DNA from: Candidatus Hydrogenedentota bacterium | Lineage (GTDB): Bacteria > Hydrogenedentota > Hydrogenedentia > Hydrogenedentales > JAEUWI01 | NCBI GenBank assembly: GCA_016182605.1 | Contig: JACPGE010000107.1 | Span: 10,631-74,630 of the forward strand | Length of the DNA stretch: 64,000 nt | Direction: 5' to 3' | In this document: positions 49,314 through 59,310 of the stretch, one piece after another | How positions within the stretch are numbered: position 1 is the stretch's first letter | How the letters are laid out: every line of letters begins with the position of its first letter | The notes under the pieces: model-generated | Told to the model about the DNA's origin: nothing | The model's input: the letters and a program-made list of their open reading frames with translations, nothing else | Database searches by the model: none | Made by a program: the position numbers and the translations under genes

Positions 49314-50690
49314 ATGCTGGACAACCTCAACAACAAAAAGATCACCATCGCGGGCACGGGGCGTTCCGCCCGGGCTGCGCTCGATCTCGTTCAGGCACGC
49401 GGCGCACGCCCCTTTGTCAGCGACGCCGAACCCATTCCAGAGGCTTTCCGCCAAGAACTGGATCGATGCGGCATCCCCTGGGAAGATCGGGGCCACTCCC
49501 CCGCGAAATTCGCCCAAGCCGGTCTCGTCGTACTCAGTCCAGGCGTGCCATTGCGTCAGCCGGCTATCGAGGCCGCCCTCGCCGCAGGTGTGCCGGTCAT
49601 CGGCGAACTGGAATTGGCCTCGTGGTATTGTGCCAAACCCATCCTGGCCATCACCGGCACCAACGGCAAAACCACGGCCACCCAGCTCCTGCATCACCTC
49701 GTGCAGGCCTGTGGCATGCGCTCCATGCTCGTGGGCAACAACGACACGCCCTTCTGCTCCGTCGTCGACGCACTCGCACAGGTGGACTACGTCGTCGCGG
49801 AAGTCAGCAGTTACCAGCTTGAAACCATTCTCCATTTCCGGCCTCACGTGGCCGCCGTGCTGAACATTACCCCCGATCATCTGGCGCGTCATGGCACACT
49901 GGAAGGCTATGCCGAGGCCAAGGCCCGGATCTTCATGAACCAGACTGCGGCGGACTTTGCCGTGCTCAATGGCGACGATGCGCGCGTCGCGGCCCTGCCG
50001 CTGCCCGCGGGCGCAGCACGGCGCACCTTCTCGCAGCGATCAGGCGCCCAGGTTGATATCACCCTGCGCGGCACGGAACTCTTCGACAGTTACGATCGCC
50101 GTCTTGGAGATCTCTCTGGCGTGCAACTTCCCGGTGCGCACAACCGCGAGAATATTCTGGCGGTAGTCGCGATGATGGAGTGTCTCGGCTTCGCGCCGGA
50201 ATCCTACTGGCCCGCGCTGTGCAGCTTTCCCGGCGTGGAACACCGCCTCGAGCGCGCCGGCGACTGCAATGGCGTGCGCATCATCAACGATTCGAAATCG
50301 ACCAACGTGGACAGTCTCCGCGTGGCGCTGGAGAGTTTTCCAGAACCCATCGTGCTCATCGCCGGGGGCGTGGGGAAGGGGGCGCCGTATGAGCCGCTCC
50401 TCCCGCTTGTCAAAGATAGTGTGAGGGCGCTCGTCGCCATTGGCAGTGATGGACCGCGTCTTCAACGCGCCTTTGGCGGGGTCACGGCGGTGCACGCCGC
50501 GGATTCCATGGCTGCGGCGGTCGACTTGGCAATTTCACTGGCCCGGCCGGGCGATGTCGTGCTGCTCTCTCCGGCATGCGCCAGTTTCGACTGGTACGAA
50601 AATTTCGAGGCGCGCGGGCGGGATTTCAAAGCCTGTGCCCAGATGGCAATAAATCGATTGACCGCGGCGCCGGTATCTCAACCAGGATGA
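49314..50690 (+). CDS. murD: UDP-MurNAc-L-Ala-D-Glu ligase
   Basis: SPGVP, ITGTNGKTT, EVSSYQL, LNITPDHLARH, NDSKSTN, LLSPACASFD. Confidence 0.95.
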   Translation: MLDNLNNKKITIAGTGRSARAALDLVQARGARPFVSDAEPIPEAFRQELDRCGIPWEDRGHSPAKFAQAGLVVLSPGVPLRQPAIEAALAAGVPVIGELELASWYCAKPILAITGTNGKTTATQLLHHLVQACGMRSMLVGNNDTPFCSVVDALAQVDYVVAEVSSYQLETILHFRPHVAAVLNITPDHLARHGTLEGYAEAKARIFMNQTAADFAVLNGDDARVAALPLPAGAARRTFSQRSGAQVDITLRGTELFDSYDRRLGDLSGVQLPGAHNRENILAVVAMMECLGFAPESYWPALCSFPGVEHRLERAGDCNGVRIINDSKSTNVDSLRVALESFPEPIVLIAGGVGKGAPYEPLLPLVKDSVRALVAIGSDGPRLQRAFGGVTAVHAADSMAAAVDLAISLARPGDVVLLSPACASFDWYENFEARGRDFKACAQMAINRLTAAPVSQPG

Positions 50691-50701
50691 GGGCAAGCAA
50701 A

Positions 50702-51835
50702 ATGGCCAAGGGAAATATTGTCGTGCAACAGGAAACCACCCTGCTCACGACCATCATCGTGGCGCTGGTGCTCTTCGGCCTCCTCATGGTCTACAGCACC
50801 AGCGGCATTGACCCGTCTGACGCGGGCAATATGAGAAGCCAGGCCAAGGCCGCGCTTATTGGCTGCTGCATCATGTTCATCGCCGCCCGCTTCGACTACC
50901 ATAACTTCGAGCGGAAATGGCTTTTCAAGCCACTGGTCCTCGCAACGCTCGCGCTCCTTGTGCTCGTGCTCGTCCCAGGTATTGGCGTTGACGTGAATGG
51001 CGCGCGGCGCTGGATACGCCTGGCAGGGTTTCAGTTTCAACCCTCGGAACTTGCCAAGTTTGCCCTGATCATGCTGCTCGCCGTGAAGCTTTCCCAGAAC
51101 CGGGACGACGTCCGTACCTTCTGGAGGGGCTTCGTGCCCACCATGATCCTCGCGGCGCTTTTTGCCGGACTCGTCGTGCTCGAAAACGACCTGGGCATCC
51201 CCTTCATGATGTTTGCCACGGCCTATATCATGCTCTTCGTCGCGGGCATGCCGTGGCGCTACGTCATCGCCGGCGTATTTCCCGTCGCCGGCGCCATCGT
51301 GGGGCTCATCCTGATCGCGCCCCACCGTATTGCCCGCCTCACCGGCTTCGTCGACCCCTTCGCGGATCGCGACGACAAGGGTTTTCAATTGATACAGTCT
51401 CTCACCGGATTTGCCCAAGGCGGCATCATGGGCCGCGGCGCGGGCGCAAGTGAACAGAAACTGAGTTATCTCTTCGCCGCCCACACCGATTTCATCTTTG
51501 CCGTCATCGGCGAAGAACTCGGGCTCTTGGGCACCCTCTCTGTCGCCGGCATCTTCCTCTGCTTTGGCGTGGCCGCTTTCCGCGTCGCTGCAAAAGCCCC
51601 CGATTGCCTCGGCATGCTCCTCGCTTCCGGCATTGGATTCCTCATCACCTTTCAGGGCGCCTTTATCATGGCCGTAAGCACCGGCTTACTGCCCACCAAG
51701 GGCCTGCCCTTGCCCTTCATCAGCTACGGCGGCACCGCTCTCATCATGTTCATGGGAATGGCCGGCGTCCTCCTCAACGTCAGTCTGCAATCCCAGCAAC
51801 CGGAAAGCAGCCGAAAACTCGTGCCGGCTGCCTGA
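50702..51835 (+). CDS. ftsW: SEDS peptidoglycan polymerase FtsW (alternative start 50687)
   Basis: NGARRWI, FQPSELAK, HTDFIFAVIGEELG, PTKGLPLPFISYGG. Confidence 0.93.
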   Translation: MAKGNIVVQQETTLLTTIIVALVLFGLLMVYSTSGIDPSDAGNMRSQAKAALIGCCIMFIAARFDYHNFERKWLFKPLVLATLALLVLVLVPGIGVDVNGARRWIRLAGFQFQPSELAKFALIMLLAVKLSQNRDDVRTFWRGFVPTMILAALFAGLVVLENDLGIPFMMFATAYIMLFVAGMPWRYVIAGVFPVAGAIVGLILIAPHRIARLTGFVDPFADRDDKGFQLIQSLTGFAQGGIMGRGAGASEQKLSYLFAAHTDFIFAVIGEELGLLGTLSVAGIFLCFGVAAFRVAAKAPDCLGMLLASGIGFLITFQGAFIMAVSTGLLPTKGLPLPFISYGGTALIMFMGMAGVLLNVSLQSQQPESSRKLVPAA

Positions 51836-51855
51836 ATGCCGGAGGGGAGCATTCC

Positions 51856-52965
51856 ATGCGTGTAATCATTACGGGCGGCGGCACCGGGGGGCACACCTCG
51901 CCCGGGCTCGCCATTCTCGAAGAACTTGAGGCCCGAGACCCCGATCTGCGCTTCCACTGGCTTGGAAAATCCAACAGCTACGAATCCAGGTTGTGCGCAC
52001 GCCGGCATATCCCCTTCCGGAGCATTCCGGTGGCGCCCTGGCCCCGCAAGAACAAGCTCAAGCGCGCGGCCGTCCTCGTTCAACTTGCCCTCGGCGCTAT
52101 CCGCTCCTGGATGTATCTTCGCAAGTTGCGTCCGCATGCCGTCATCGGCGTAGGGGGCTATGTCTCCCTCCCGCTCATGTGGACTGCCCAGCGCATGGGA
52201 CTGCCCACCTACGTCCACGAACAGAACAAACGCATGGGCATGGCAAACCGGGTGCTTGCACCCCGGGCAACCCGCGTCTTCCTCAGCTATCCCGGCACCC
52301 ATGGTGATTTCCCGGGAGAGCGGGCGCTCCTCGTGGGCAATCCCGTACGCGCCGGCTTCTTCACGCCCCCGCCCAAACACGAAGCGCGCCACAGCCTCGC
52401 TTTCGCCGAAGACGGCCCGCTTGTCTTCTTTTGCGGCGGAAGTCAGGGGGCTGCCTCGATGAATGAGGCCGTCGGCGGCGCATTGACCAGACTGATCGAG
52501 CATGGCATTCATGTCCTTTGGATGACCGGCCCGGCCCACGTTGAATCCTGCCGCAATCGCGCACGCGCCTATCCAGACTCCCAGGTTCAGGTAGTGCCCT
52601 TCGTCGAGAACATGGTCGAGGCCTGTGCTGCCGCAGACTTGCTCGTCATGCGCGCGGGGGCCTCCACCATCGCCGAAATCGCCGCCCTGGGGCAGGCGGC
52701 TCTCCTCGTGCCGTATCCCCACGCGACCGACGGCCACCAGCTTGAAAACGCACAGGCCCTGGCGGCGGCCGGCGCGGCACTCGTGTTGGAAGAAGTTGCA
52801 TTGAATTCATCGAGCTTGGCCGCCGCCATCGATGGCCTTCTTGGAAATCCCGATCGACTCCGCGCCATGGGAGCCGCCGCACGCGCCCTTGCCCACCCCA
52901 ACGCCGCCGGCCAGATCGTCGAACAGCTCCTCATGGATACCTTTGGGCGCGCCTCCTCCGCGTGA
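51856..52965 (+). CDS. murG: Lipid II GlcNAc transferase
   Basis: GGGTGGH, GVGGYVS, HEQN, GNPVR, GGSQGA, RAGASTIAE, HQLENA. Confidence 0.95.
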   Translation: MRVIITGGGTGGHTSPGLAILEELEARDPDLRFHWLGKSNSYESRLCARRHIPFRSIPVAPWPRKNKLKRAAVLVQLALGAIRSWMYLRKLRPHAVIGVGGYVSLPLMWTAQRMGLPTYVHEQNKRMGMANRVLAPRATRVFLSYPGTHGDFPGERALLVGNPVRAGFFTPPPKHEARHSLAFAEDGPLVFFCGGSQGAASMNEAVGGALTRLIEHGIHVLWMTGPAHVESCRNRARAYPDSQVQVVPFVENMVEACAAADLLVMRAGASTIAEIAALGQAALLVPYPHATDGHQLENAQALAAAGAALVLEEVALNSSSLAAAIDGLLGNPDRLRAMGAAARALAHPNAAGQIVEQLLMDTFGRASSA

Positions 52966-52993
52966 GCGCATTCCTCGCCCCCATGAAATACTT

Positions 52994-53021
52994 TTGAATA
53001 TCGTTTGGGCATGTGTATAAT
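52994..53021 (+). promoter_or_regulatory. Promoter of the HD-GYP gene
   Basis: TTGAAT-16 bp-TATAAT with a TG extension. Confidence 0.6.
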
Positions 53022-53051
53022 GCGGCACACTTGTAGACGAAAGGGGCAAAC

Positions 53052-54041
53052 TTGGGACTCGTATCCTCGTTGGTCAAGTCCAACTCGCTGCACATCCAGG
53101 GCGATTACTTTGTGGTCGAATTGGCGCAGCTCAAGGCAGGCGTGACGTGCACTTTCGATCTCTACTTGGGCCTGAAGGCAGGGGGCGCTCCCGTGCTCTA
53201 CCGGACCGCGGATCTGGACTTCACCGAATTCGAAAAAAGCCGCCTCCTTGAACGGGGGATCGATCGGGTCCTTGTGCCGCTCAAACAGCGGAACACCTAC
53301 CAGCGCTACCTCGAGAAACACATGGGTTCGCTGCTCAAGGACCCCGCCATCAGCACCGAGGAAAAGTCTGGCATTATGTATGAGTCCGCCCAGGGGCTCG
53401 TGCAGGATCTCCTTGGCAATCCCCATGCGCACGATCTCAAAGAGCGCGCCGGCAGCATGGTGGAACACACCGTCAATTTCATGTACAACAACAGCGATTC
53501 TTTTCAGCACCTCATGGCCGTCTCGAGCTACGACTACTACACGTACACCCACAGCGTCAACGTCTTCGTCTATGCATCCGCCCTGGCGCAGCGGCTGGGG
53601 CACACCCAATCCGAATTGCGCGTCTTCGGCGAGGGCGCGCTCTTGCACGACTTGGGGAAGAGCCGTGTCGACCTGAACATCATCAATTCTTCCGGAAAGC
53701 TGACTGAAGAGGAATGGGTGCAGATGAAGGCGCACCCCAGCATCGGCTGCGAACTGCTGCTCGCCCAGGACGTGAGGAACCCGGTTATTCTGGATGTGAC
53801 CCGCCATCACCACGAAAAACTCAATGGCAGGGGCTATCCCGATGGTCTCGCCAACGATGAGATTTCCCGTTGGGCACGCATTTGCACCATCGCCGATATC
53901 TTCGATGCGCTCACCACGAAGCGCTCCTACAAGGATGCCATGGACAGTTTCGCCGCACTCCAGTTCATGCGCGACCGCATGCGCGACGAACTCGATCCAG
54001 ACATCTTCCGGGTCTTCGTGGAGTTGATGGGCCGCCACTAG
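53052..54041 (+). CDS. HD-GYP domain cyclic-dinucleotide phosphodiesterase
   Basis: YTYTHSVNV, LLHDLGK, HHEKLNGRGYP, IADIFDALTTKRSYK. Confidence 0.92.
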   Translation: MGLVSSLVKSNSLHIQGDYFVVELAQLKAGVTCTFDLYLGLKAGGAPVLYRTADLDFTEFEKSRLLERGIDRVLVPLKQRNTYQRYLEKHMGSLLKDPAISTEEKSGIMYESAQGLVQDLLGNPHAHDLKERAGSMVEHTVNFMYNNSDSFQHLMAVSSYDYYTYTHSVNVFVYASALAQRLGHTQSELRVFGEGALLHDLGKSRVDLNIINSSGKLTEEEWVQMKAHPSIGCELLLAQDVRNPVILDVTRHHHEKLNGRGYPDGLANDEISRWARICTIADIFDALTTKRSYKDAMDSFAALQFMRDRMRDELDPDIFRVFVELMGRH

Positions 54042-54416
54042 CCCGTGATTTATCCGGGTTGGCGGTCTGCCGGACTTGGCCGGAATTTGACTGAAAAAGG
54101 CGCTGTTTGGAAATGTTCGCCGGAGAGGCTCCGCATCAAAAGGATACTTTTGGATTTGAGTTGTCATAAGGCCTTGCAATTGCTCCAAAACCGTCTGTGG
54201 AGTTGCTCGAACAAGCAAACCCTGTTTTCAGTTTTAACAAGAATGCAGGGAAATTTTCCAAGTCCGGCAGACTGCCCGGCGTGACGATGGCGCTGGCGTT
54301 CGCCGGGCAGGCTAAATCACGGGTTGTTTGGCGATAGCGCCGTGTATGATGTGGTAATTGCGGGCCGAAGCAGGTGTTACGGAACAAACGCGTGGAGCCC
54401 GTGATTTATCCGGGCT
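54040..54416. repeat. Fold-back (MITE/REP-like) element with inverted and direct repeats
   Basis: AGCCCGTGATTTATCCGGG at 54040 and 54396, inverted partial copy at 54313-54323; perfect 15-bp inverted repeat at 54065-54079 / 54258-54272. Confidence 0.65.
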
Positions 54417-54434
54417 AGAACGAAAGGATTCCCC

Positions 54435-55646
54435 ATGCCGCAAGATGCTTTTGTATTTGACGCGATCCGCACCCCGCGCGGGCGCGGGAAGAAGAACGGC
54501 GCCCTCCACGAGGTCGCCCCGATAGTTTTGCTTCAGAACCTGTTCCATCACTTGCACCAGCGCAACAAGCAGTTTGACACGGCGCAGGTGGACGATGTGG
54601 TGCTGGGTTGTGTGACGCCGGTGGGCGATCAGGGGGCGGACATCGCGAAGACGGCCGCGCTGTATGCGGGCTGGGATTGGGATGTGCCTGGGGTGCAGAT
54701 CAACCGCTTTTGCGCGTCGGGTCTGGAAGCGGTGAACATGGCGGCGATGAAGGTGCGATCGGGCTGGGAGCACCTGGTGGTGGCGGGCGGGGTGGAATCC
54801 ATGTCGCGCGTGCCGATGGGGAGCGATGGCGGCGCGATGTTGTCCGATCCCAAGGTGAGCCGCGCGCTGGACATGGCGCCGCAGGGCATAGGGGCGGATC
54901 TGGTTGCGGTATTGGAAGGATTCAGCCGCACCGATGTGGACCAGTATGCGGTTACGTCGCAGCACCGCGCTGCCGCGGCGCAGTCTGCGGGCCGGTTTAC
55001 GTCGCGCATTCCGGTGCGCGATCGGAACGGGATGGTGGTGCTCGATCACGATCAGCATGTGCGCGCGGATACGACGCTTGAATCTCTGGGCGCGCTGCAG
55101 CCTTCGTTTGCAATGATGGGCGAGATGGGCTTTGACGCGGTGGCGCTGCAAAAGTATCCGCAGGTGGAGCACATCGAGCATATCCATACGGCGGGCAATT
55201 CCTCGGGGATTGTGGATGGCGCGGCGCTGGTGCTTGTGGGCACGGAGGCGAAGGGGAAGGAGCTGGGCCTGAAGGCGCGTGCGCGCATTCGTGCCGCGGC
55301 GCTGGTGGGCACGGAGCCGACGATCATGCTGACGGGTCCCGCGCCGGCCTCGAAGAAGGCGCTTGCGCTTGCGGGCATGTCGGTGAACGACATCGATCTC
55401 TTTGAGGTCAATGAGGCGTTTGCATCGGTGGTGCTGCGTTTCCTGCGGGAGATGGGCATCAACGATATGGACAAGGTGAATGTGAACGGCGGCGCGATAG
55501 CGTTGGGCCATCCGCTGGGCGCGACGGGCGCGATGCTCCTGGGCACGGCGCTGGACGAACTGGAGCGTCGCGACCTGAACACGGCCCTGATCACCCTGTG
55601 CGTGGGCGGCGGCATGGGCATTGCCACCATCATCGAACGCGTATAA
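54435..55646 (+). CDS. fadA: Acetyl-CoA C-acyltransferase (thiolase)
   Basis: [43 protein letters not shown]. Confidence 0.9.
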   Translation: MPQDAFVFDAIRTPRGRGKKNGALHEVAPIVLLQNLFHHLHQRNKQFDTAQVDDVVLGCVTPVGDQGADIAKTAALYAGWDWDVPGVQINRFCASGLEAVNMAAMKVRSGWEHLVVAGGVESMSRVPMGSDGGAMLSDPKVSRALDMAPQGIGADLVAVLEGFSRTDVDQYAVTSQHRAAAAQSAGRFTSRIPVRDRNGMVVLDHDQHVRADTTLESLGALQPSFAMMGEMGFDAVALQKYPQVEHIEHIHTAGNSSGIVDGAALVLVGTEAKGKELGLKARARIRAAALVGTEPTIMLTGPAPASKKALALAGMSVNDIDLFEVNEAFASVVLRFLREMGINDMDKVNVNGGAIALGHPLGATGAMLLGTALDELERRDLNTALITLCVGGGMGIATIIERV

Positions 55647-55683
55647 CAACCTTGTGCAATCTGGAATTGGAGAGATTCTGAGT

Positions 55684-57810
55684 ATGGCCATCCATTACGA
55701 AAAAGATGCGGACAATATCGTAACGCTTACCATGGATCTGCCGGGCCGGTCGGCGAATGTCATCAACGCCGAGTTTGGCCAGGCCTTCCTGGACGCGCTG
55801 AACAAAGTCACGCAGGAAACGGAGCTTGCCGGTATCATTCTTGCGTCTGCGAAGGACACGTTTCTTGCGGGCGGTGACTTGGAAATGCTGGTGGCGCTGG
55901 ACACGCCGGAGACCGCGTTTACGAATTCGGAAGGGTTTAAGGCGCAGCTTCGCCGGCTCGAAACGCAGGGCAAGCCGGTCGTTGCGGCGATCAACGGCGC
56001 GGCGCTTGGCGGGGGGCTCGAATTGGCGCTCGCGTGCCACCATCGCATTGCGATAGACAACGACAAGATCAAGGTTGGTCTGCCGGAAGTGACGCTGGGT
56101 CTCTTGCCTGGCGGCGGCGGCGTGACCCGCATGGTGCGGCTGCTCGGCTTGCAGGCGGCCTTCTCCTATTTGATGGAAGGCAAGCAGGTCAGTCCGAAGG
56201 AGGCGCTTTCTGCGGGCATCATCCACGCGCTAGCGGCGGATCGCGACGATCTCATTGCGAAGGCGAAGGCCTGGATCAAGGAGCGCAAATCGGCCAAGCA
56301 ACCGTGGGATGAATCCGGGTACAAGATGCCTGGCGGCGATCCGCGGCGTCCCGAGGTGTTCCAGATGCTTGCCATCGCGCCGGCGATGCTGCGCAAGCGC
56401 ACCTACGGCAACTACCCCGCGCCCGAGGCGATCATGAGCGCCGCGGTGGAGGGCGCCCAGACCGATTTCGACACGGCGAGCCGTATCGAGTCGCGCTACT
56501 TTGCGCAGCTTGCGACGGGCCAGGTGGCGAAGAACATGATTTCGGCGTTCTGGTTCCAGCTCAACAGCATCAAGGCGGGCACGAGCCGTCCCGCGGGAGA
56601 CCAGGCCGGCACGAAGAAGGTGGGGGTGCTTGGCGCGGGCATGATGGGGCATGGTATCGCGTATGTTTCGGCGCTGTCGGGGATGGACGTGGTGATGAAG
56701 GATGTCACTGCGGAATCGGCGCAGGCGGGGAAAGACAAGATAGCGAAGCTGCTGGACAAGCGGCTGTCGCGCGGCAAGATGACGAAGGAGAAGCGGGACG
56801 AGGTGTTGAACCGCATTGTGGCCACGGCGGACGCGGCGGATCTGAAGGGCTGTGACCTCATCATCGAGGCGGTGTTTGAAGACCGAGCGCTCAAGGCGAA
56901 GGTAACGGTGGAGGCCGAGGCGCACCTGGCGGAGAACGGCGTCTTTGCGTCGAACACATCGACGCTTCCGATCACGGGACTTGCCGAGCCATCGGCCAAT
57001 CCGGAGAATTTTGTTGGGCTTCACTTTTTCTCGCCGGTGGACAAGATGCCGCTGGTCGAGATTATCAAGGGGGCGAAGACGGGAGAGTACGCGCTTCGGA
57101 AGGCTTTCGATTATGTACTGAAGATCAAGAAGACGCCGATAGTGGTGAACGACAGCCGGGGCTTTTACACCTCGCGCGTGTTTGGCTTTTATGTGAACGA
57201 AGGCGCCGCGCTTCTTGCCGAGGGCATGCATCCGCGGGCGATTGAATCGGCCGGCTTGCAGGCGGGGATGCCGGTGGGGCCGCTGGCGCTGCTCGATGAG
57301 GTGAACCTAGGCCTTGCGATGCACATCCGCGATCAAACGCGGAAGGATTTCGAGGCTGAAGGCAAGACGCTGCCGAATCATCCCGGTTTTGCGGTGGTGG
57401 AGCGCATGGTCACCGAGTTCAAGCGCCAGGGCAAGGCGCAGGGCGCGGGATTCTACGACTATCCTGTGGACGGAAAGAAGCGGCTCTGGCCTGAGTTGCA
57501 GCAGCACTTCCCCGCAGCGGCCGAACAACTTCCTCAAAAGGAGATGATCGAGCGGATGCTTTTCGCGCAGTGCCTGGAGACGGTGCGCTGCCGCGACGAG
57601 GGTGTTTTTACTTCCACGGCGGACGCGAATATTGGCAGTATTTTCGGCTGGGGCTTTGCGCCCTTCAGCGGCGGGACGCTGCAATACATCAACGCCTACG
57701 GCCTCAAGCGTTTCGTGACGCGCGCGGCGGTGCTTGCCTCCAAGTATGGCGAGCGCTTTCAGCCGCCGGCTTCGCTGATCGCGATGGCGGAGAAAGGCGA
57801 GACGTTTTAG
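55684..57810 (+). CDS. fadB: Bifunctional enoyl-CoA hydratase / 3-hydroxyacyl-CoA dehydrogenase
   Basis: [49 protein letters not shown]. Confidence 0.9.
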   Translation: MAIHYEKDADNIVTLTMDLPGRSANVINAEFGQAFLDALNKVTQETELAGIILASAKDTFLAGGDLEMLVALDTPETAFTNSEGFKAQLRRLETQGKPVVAAINGAALGGGLELALACHHRIAIDNDKIKVGLPEVTLGLLPGGGGVTRMVRLLGLQAAFSYLMEGKQVSPKEALSAGIIHALAADRDDLIAKAKAWIKERKSAKQPWDESGYKMPGGDPRRPEVFQMLAIAPAMLRKRTYGNYPAPEAIMSAAVEGAQTDFDTASRIESRYFAQLATGQVAKNMISAFWFQLNSIKAGTSRPAGDQAGTKKVGVLGAGMMGHGIAYVSALSGMDVVMKDVTAESAQAGKDKIAKLLDKRLSRGKMTKEKRDEVLNRIVATADAADLKGCDLIIEAVFEDRALKAKVTVEAEAHLAENGVFASNTSTLPITGLAEPSANPENFVGLHFFSPVDKMPLVEIIKGAKTGEYALRKAFDYVLKIKKTPIVVNDSRGFYTSRVFGFYVNEGAALLAEGMHPRAIESAGLQAGMPVGPLALLDEVNLGLAMHIRDQTRKDFEAEGKTLPNHPGFAVVERMVTEFKRQGKAQGAGFYDYPVDGKKRLWPELQQHFPAAAEQLPQKEMIERMLFAQCLETVRCRDEGVFTSTADANIGSIFGWGFAPFSGGTLQYINAYGLKRFVTRAAVLASKYGERFQPPASLIAMAEKGETF

Positions 57811-57838
57811 GGAATCGGCAGCGCCACAGGTTGTTTGG

Positions 57839-57876
57839 ATAGATCCTATAGGGCATATATGTCCTATAGGACCTAT
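57839..57876. repeat. 38-bp near-perfect palindrome between convergent genes (possible bidirectional terminator)
   Basis: ATAGATCCTATAGGGCATA|TATGTCCTATAGGACCTAT with 2 mismatches and nested CCTATAGG. Confidence 0.7.
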
Positions 57877-57881
57877 TTTAG

Positions 57882-59144
57882 TTATGCGCGCAGGGTGATG
57901 ATGGGGACTTCGGGTGGCACGCCGATGCGGATGGGCAGTGCGGCCATGCCGACGCCGCGCGAGATGAGTACGCGGCAGTGCGGGCCTTCGACGAGGCCGC
58001 CCGCGTATTTTTGGCCGAAGGCGCTGGGCAGCAGGAGGGGGCCCCATCCAGGGAGGGCAACCTGACCGCCGTGGGTGTGTCCACTGAGCATGAGGTCGAC
58101 GCGGTCGTCTGGGTAGAGCCGCGTTTCGGCGACATCGGGATTGTGGGAGAGGAGCAGGCGGGGCATGGCTGCGGGCACGCCGGCGAGGGCGTCTTTGGGG
58201 CGCACGCGATCGGTCCAGAGGTCGCCCACTCCTGCGACACAGAGGCATTCCTTCCCGGGTGTGTCCGCGAGCCCCTTGGCCGTGAGAAAGAGGCGCGTAT
58301 TGTCCACCAAGGGTATGCCCATTTCCGCGAAGCGCCGCTTGCAGGCCTCAGGGCCTTCCCAGTGGTCGTGGTTGCCGAGAACGCCCACGACACCCAGGGG
58401 CGCCTTCAAGCGCCGGAGCACACCGATGCCATCGGCAATGGCGTGGGGTGTGCGGTGGATGTAGTCGCCGGTGAGGACGACGAGGTCGGGATCCGCGCCG
58501 TTGACGAGATTGATCGCGTGCGTGAGATATTCGAGGGTAATGAAGGGGCCGTAGTGCGTGTCTGAGATGTGGGCGATGCGGAGCCCGTCGAAAGACTTGG
58601 GCAAGTCCGCAATGTGCAGTTCGTAGGGGGCGAGGCGTATGCGGCCCGGCGCGATGAGCACGCCGTGCCCGCCTATTCCGGTCATGCCTCCGCCCGCGGC
58701 AAGCGTCACGCCCCACGCGAGGAATTGGCGCCGGCCGGGCTCCACATCGTGAATTTGCAATGGCCTTCGGGCGCGCCGGGCCGGCCACAAAGCATAGAGA
58801 CCCCATAACAGGAGGGGCATCAGTGCCGAGGCGGCCACGCCGGCGGCCAGGAAGCGGACGGGGGCCGAACCCGTCTCAACGAGCAGGTTGTAGAAGAGGA
58901 GACGCAGTGGGAGGAGAAGGAGGCTGAGGGGACGGTAGAGGTATTGGAGGGGTTCATGGATCGTGAGGGGGAAGGCGAGGGTTTCCACGGCATAGCAGAG
59001 CCCTGCCCACGCCAGACCGGCCAGGGCACTCGCCGTGAAGGCGGGGGAATTCCATCGACGTCCCGCGGATTGCGGCGGCGGTTGGCTCGGATCCGCTTCC
59101 GGCGCGTGGTTCAAGGTATGCAATCCTCCAAAATTCCGGAGCAC
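57882..59144 (-). CDS. Membrane-anchored metallophosphoesterase (YkuE/YaeI-like)
   Basis: N-terminal TMs, internal GRRQFL, HISDTH, LTGDY, LGNHD, LSHNPD, SGHTHGGQ. Confidence 0.9.
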   Translation of the reverse strand: MLRNFGGLHTLNHAPEADPSQPPPQSAGRRWNSPAFTASALAGLAWAGLCYAVETLAFPLTIHEPLQYLYRPLSLLLLPLRLLFYNLLVETGSAPVRFLAAGVAASALMPLLLWGLYALWPARRARRPLQIHDVEPGRRQFLAWGVTLAAGGGMTGIGGHGVLIAPGRIRLAPYELHIADLPKSFDGLRIAHISDTHYGPFITLEYLTHAINLVNGADPDLVVLTGDYIHRTPHAIADGIGVLRRLKAPLGVVGVLGNHDHWEGPEACKRRFAEMGIPLVDNTRLFLTAKGLADTPGKECLCVAGVGDLWTDRVRPKDALAGVPAAMPRLLLSHNPDVAETRLYPDDRVDLMLSGHTHGGQVALPGWGPLLLPSAFGQKYAGGLVEGPHCRVLISRGVGMAALPIRIGVPPEVPIITLRA

Positions 59145-59310
59145 CTGGTTCCAGCCATGATAGCATGGCGGGGAATCGGGGTGGGGGAGAGCAAGGCTGG
59201 CCGGCCGCTATGCGCCCAAAACATACAGCAAACTGAGTATGGCAAAGTAATCGCGCCGATGCTATGATGGGGCCGCCTGAACAGAAGCGATCACCGGGAA
59301 AGGAGCCCCA

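Noticed and set aside
54040-54430. Replication origin at the skew flip
   Set aside because: No TTATCCACA-type DnaA boxes, no AT-rich unwinding element and no dnaA/dnaN/gidA context
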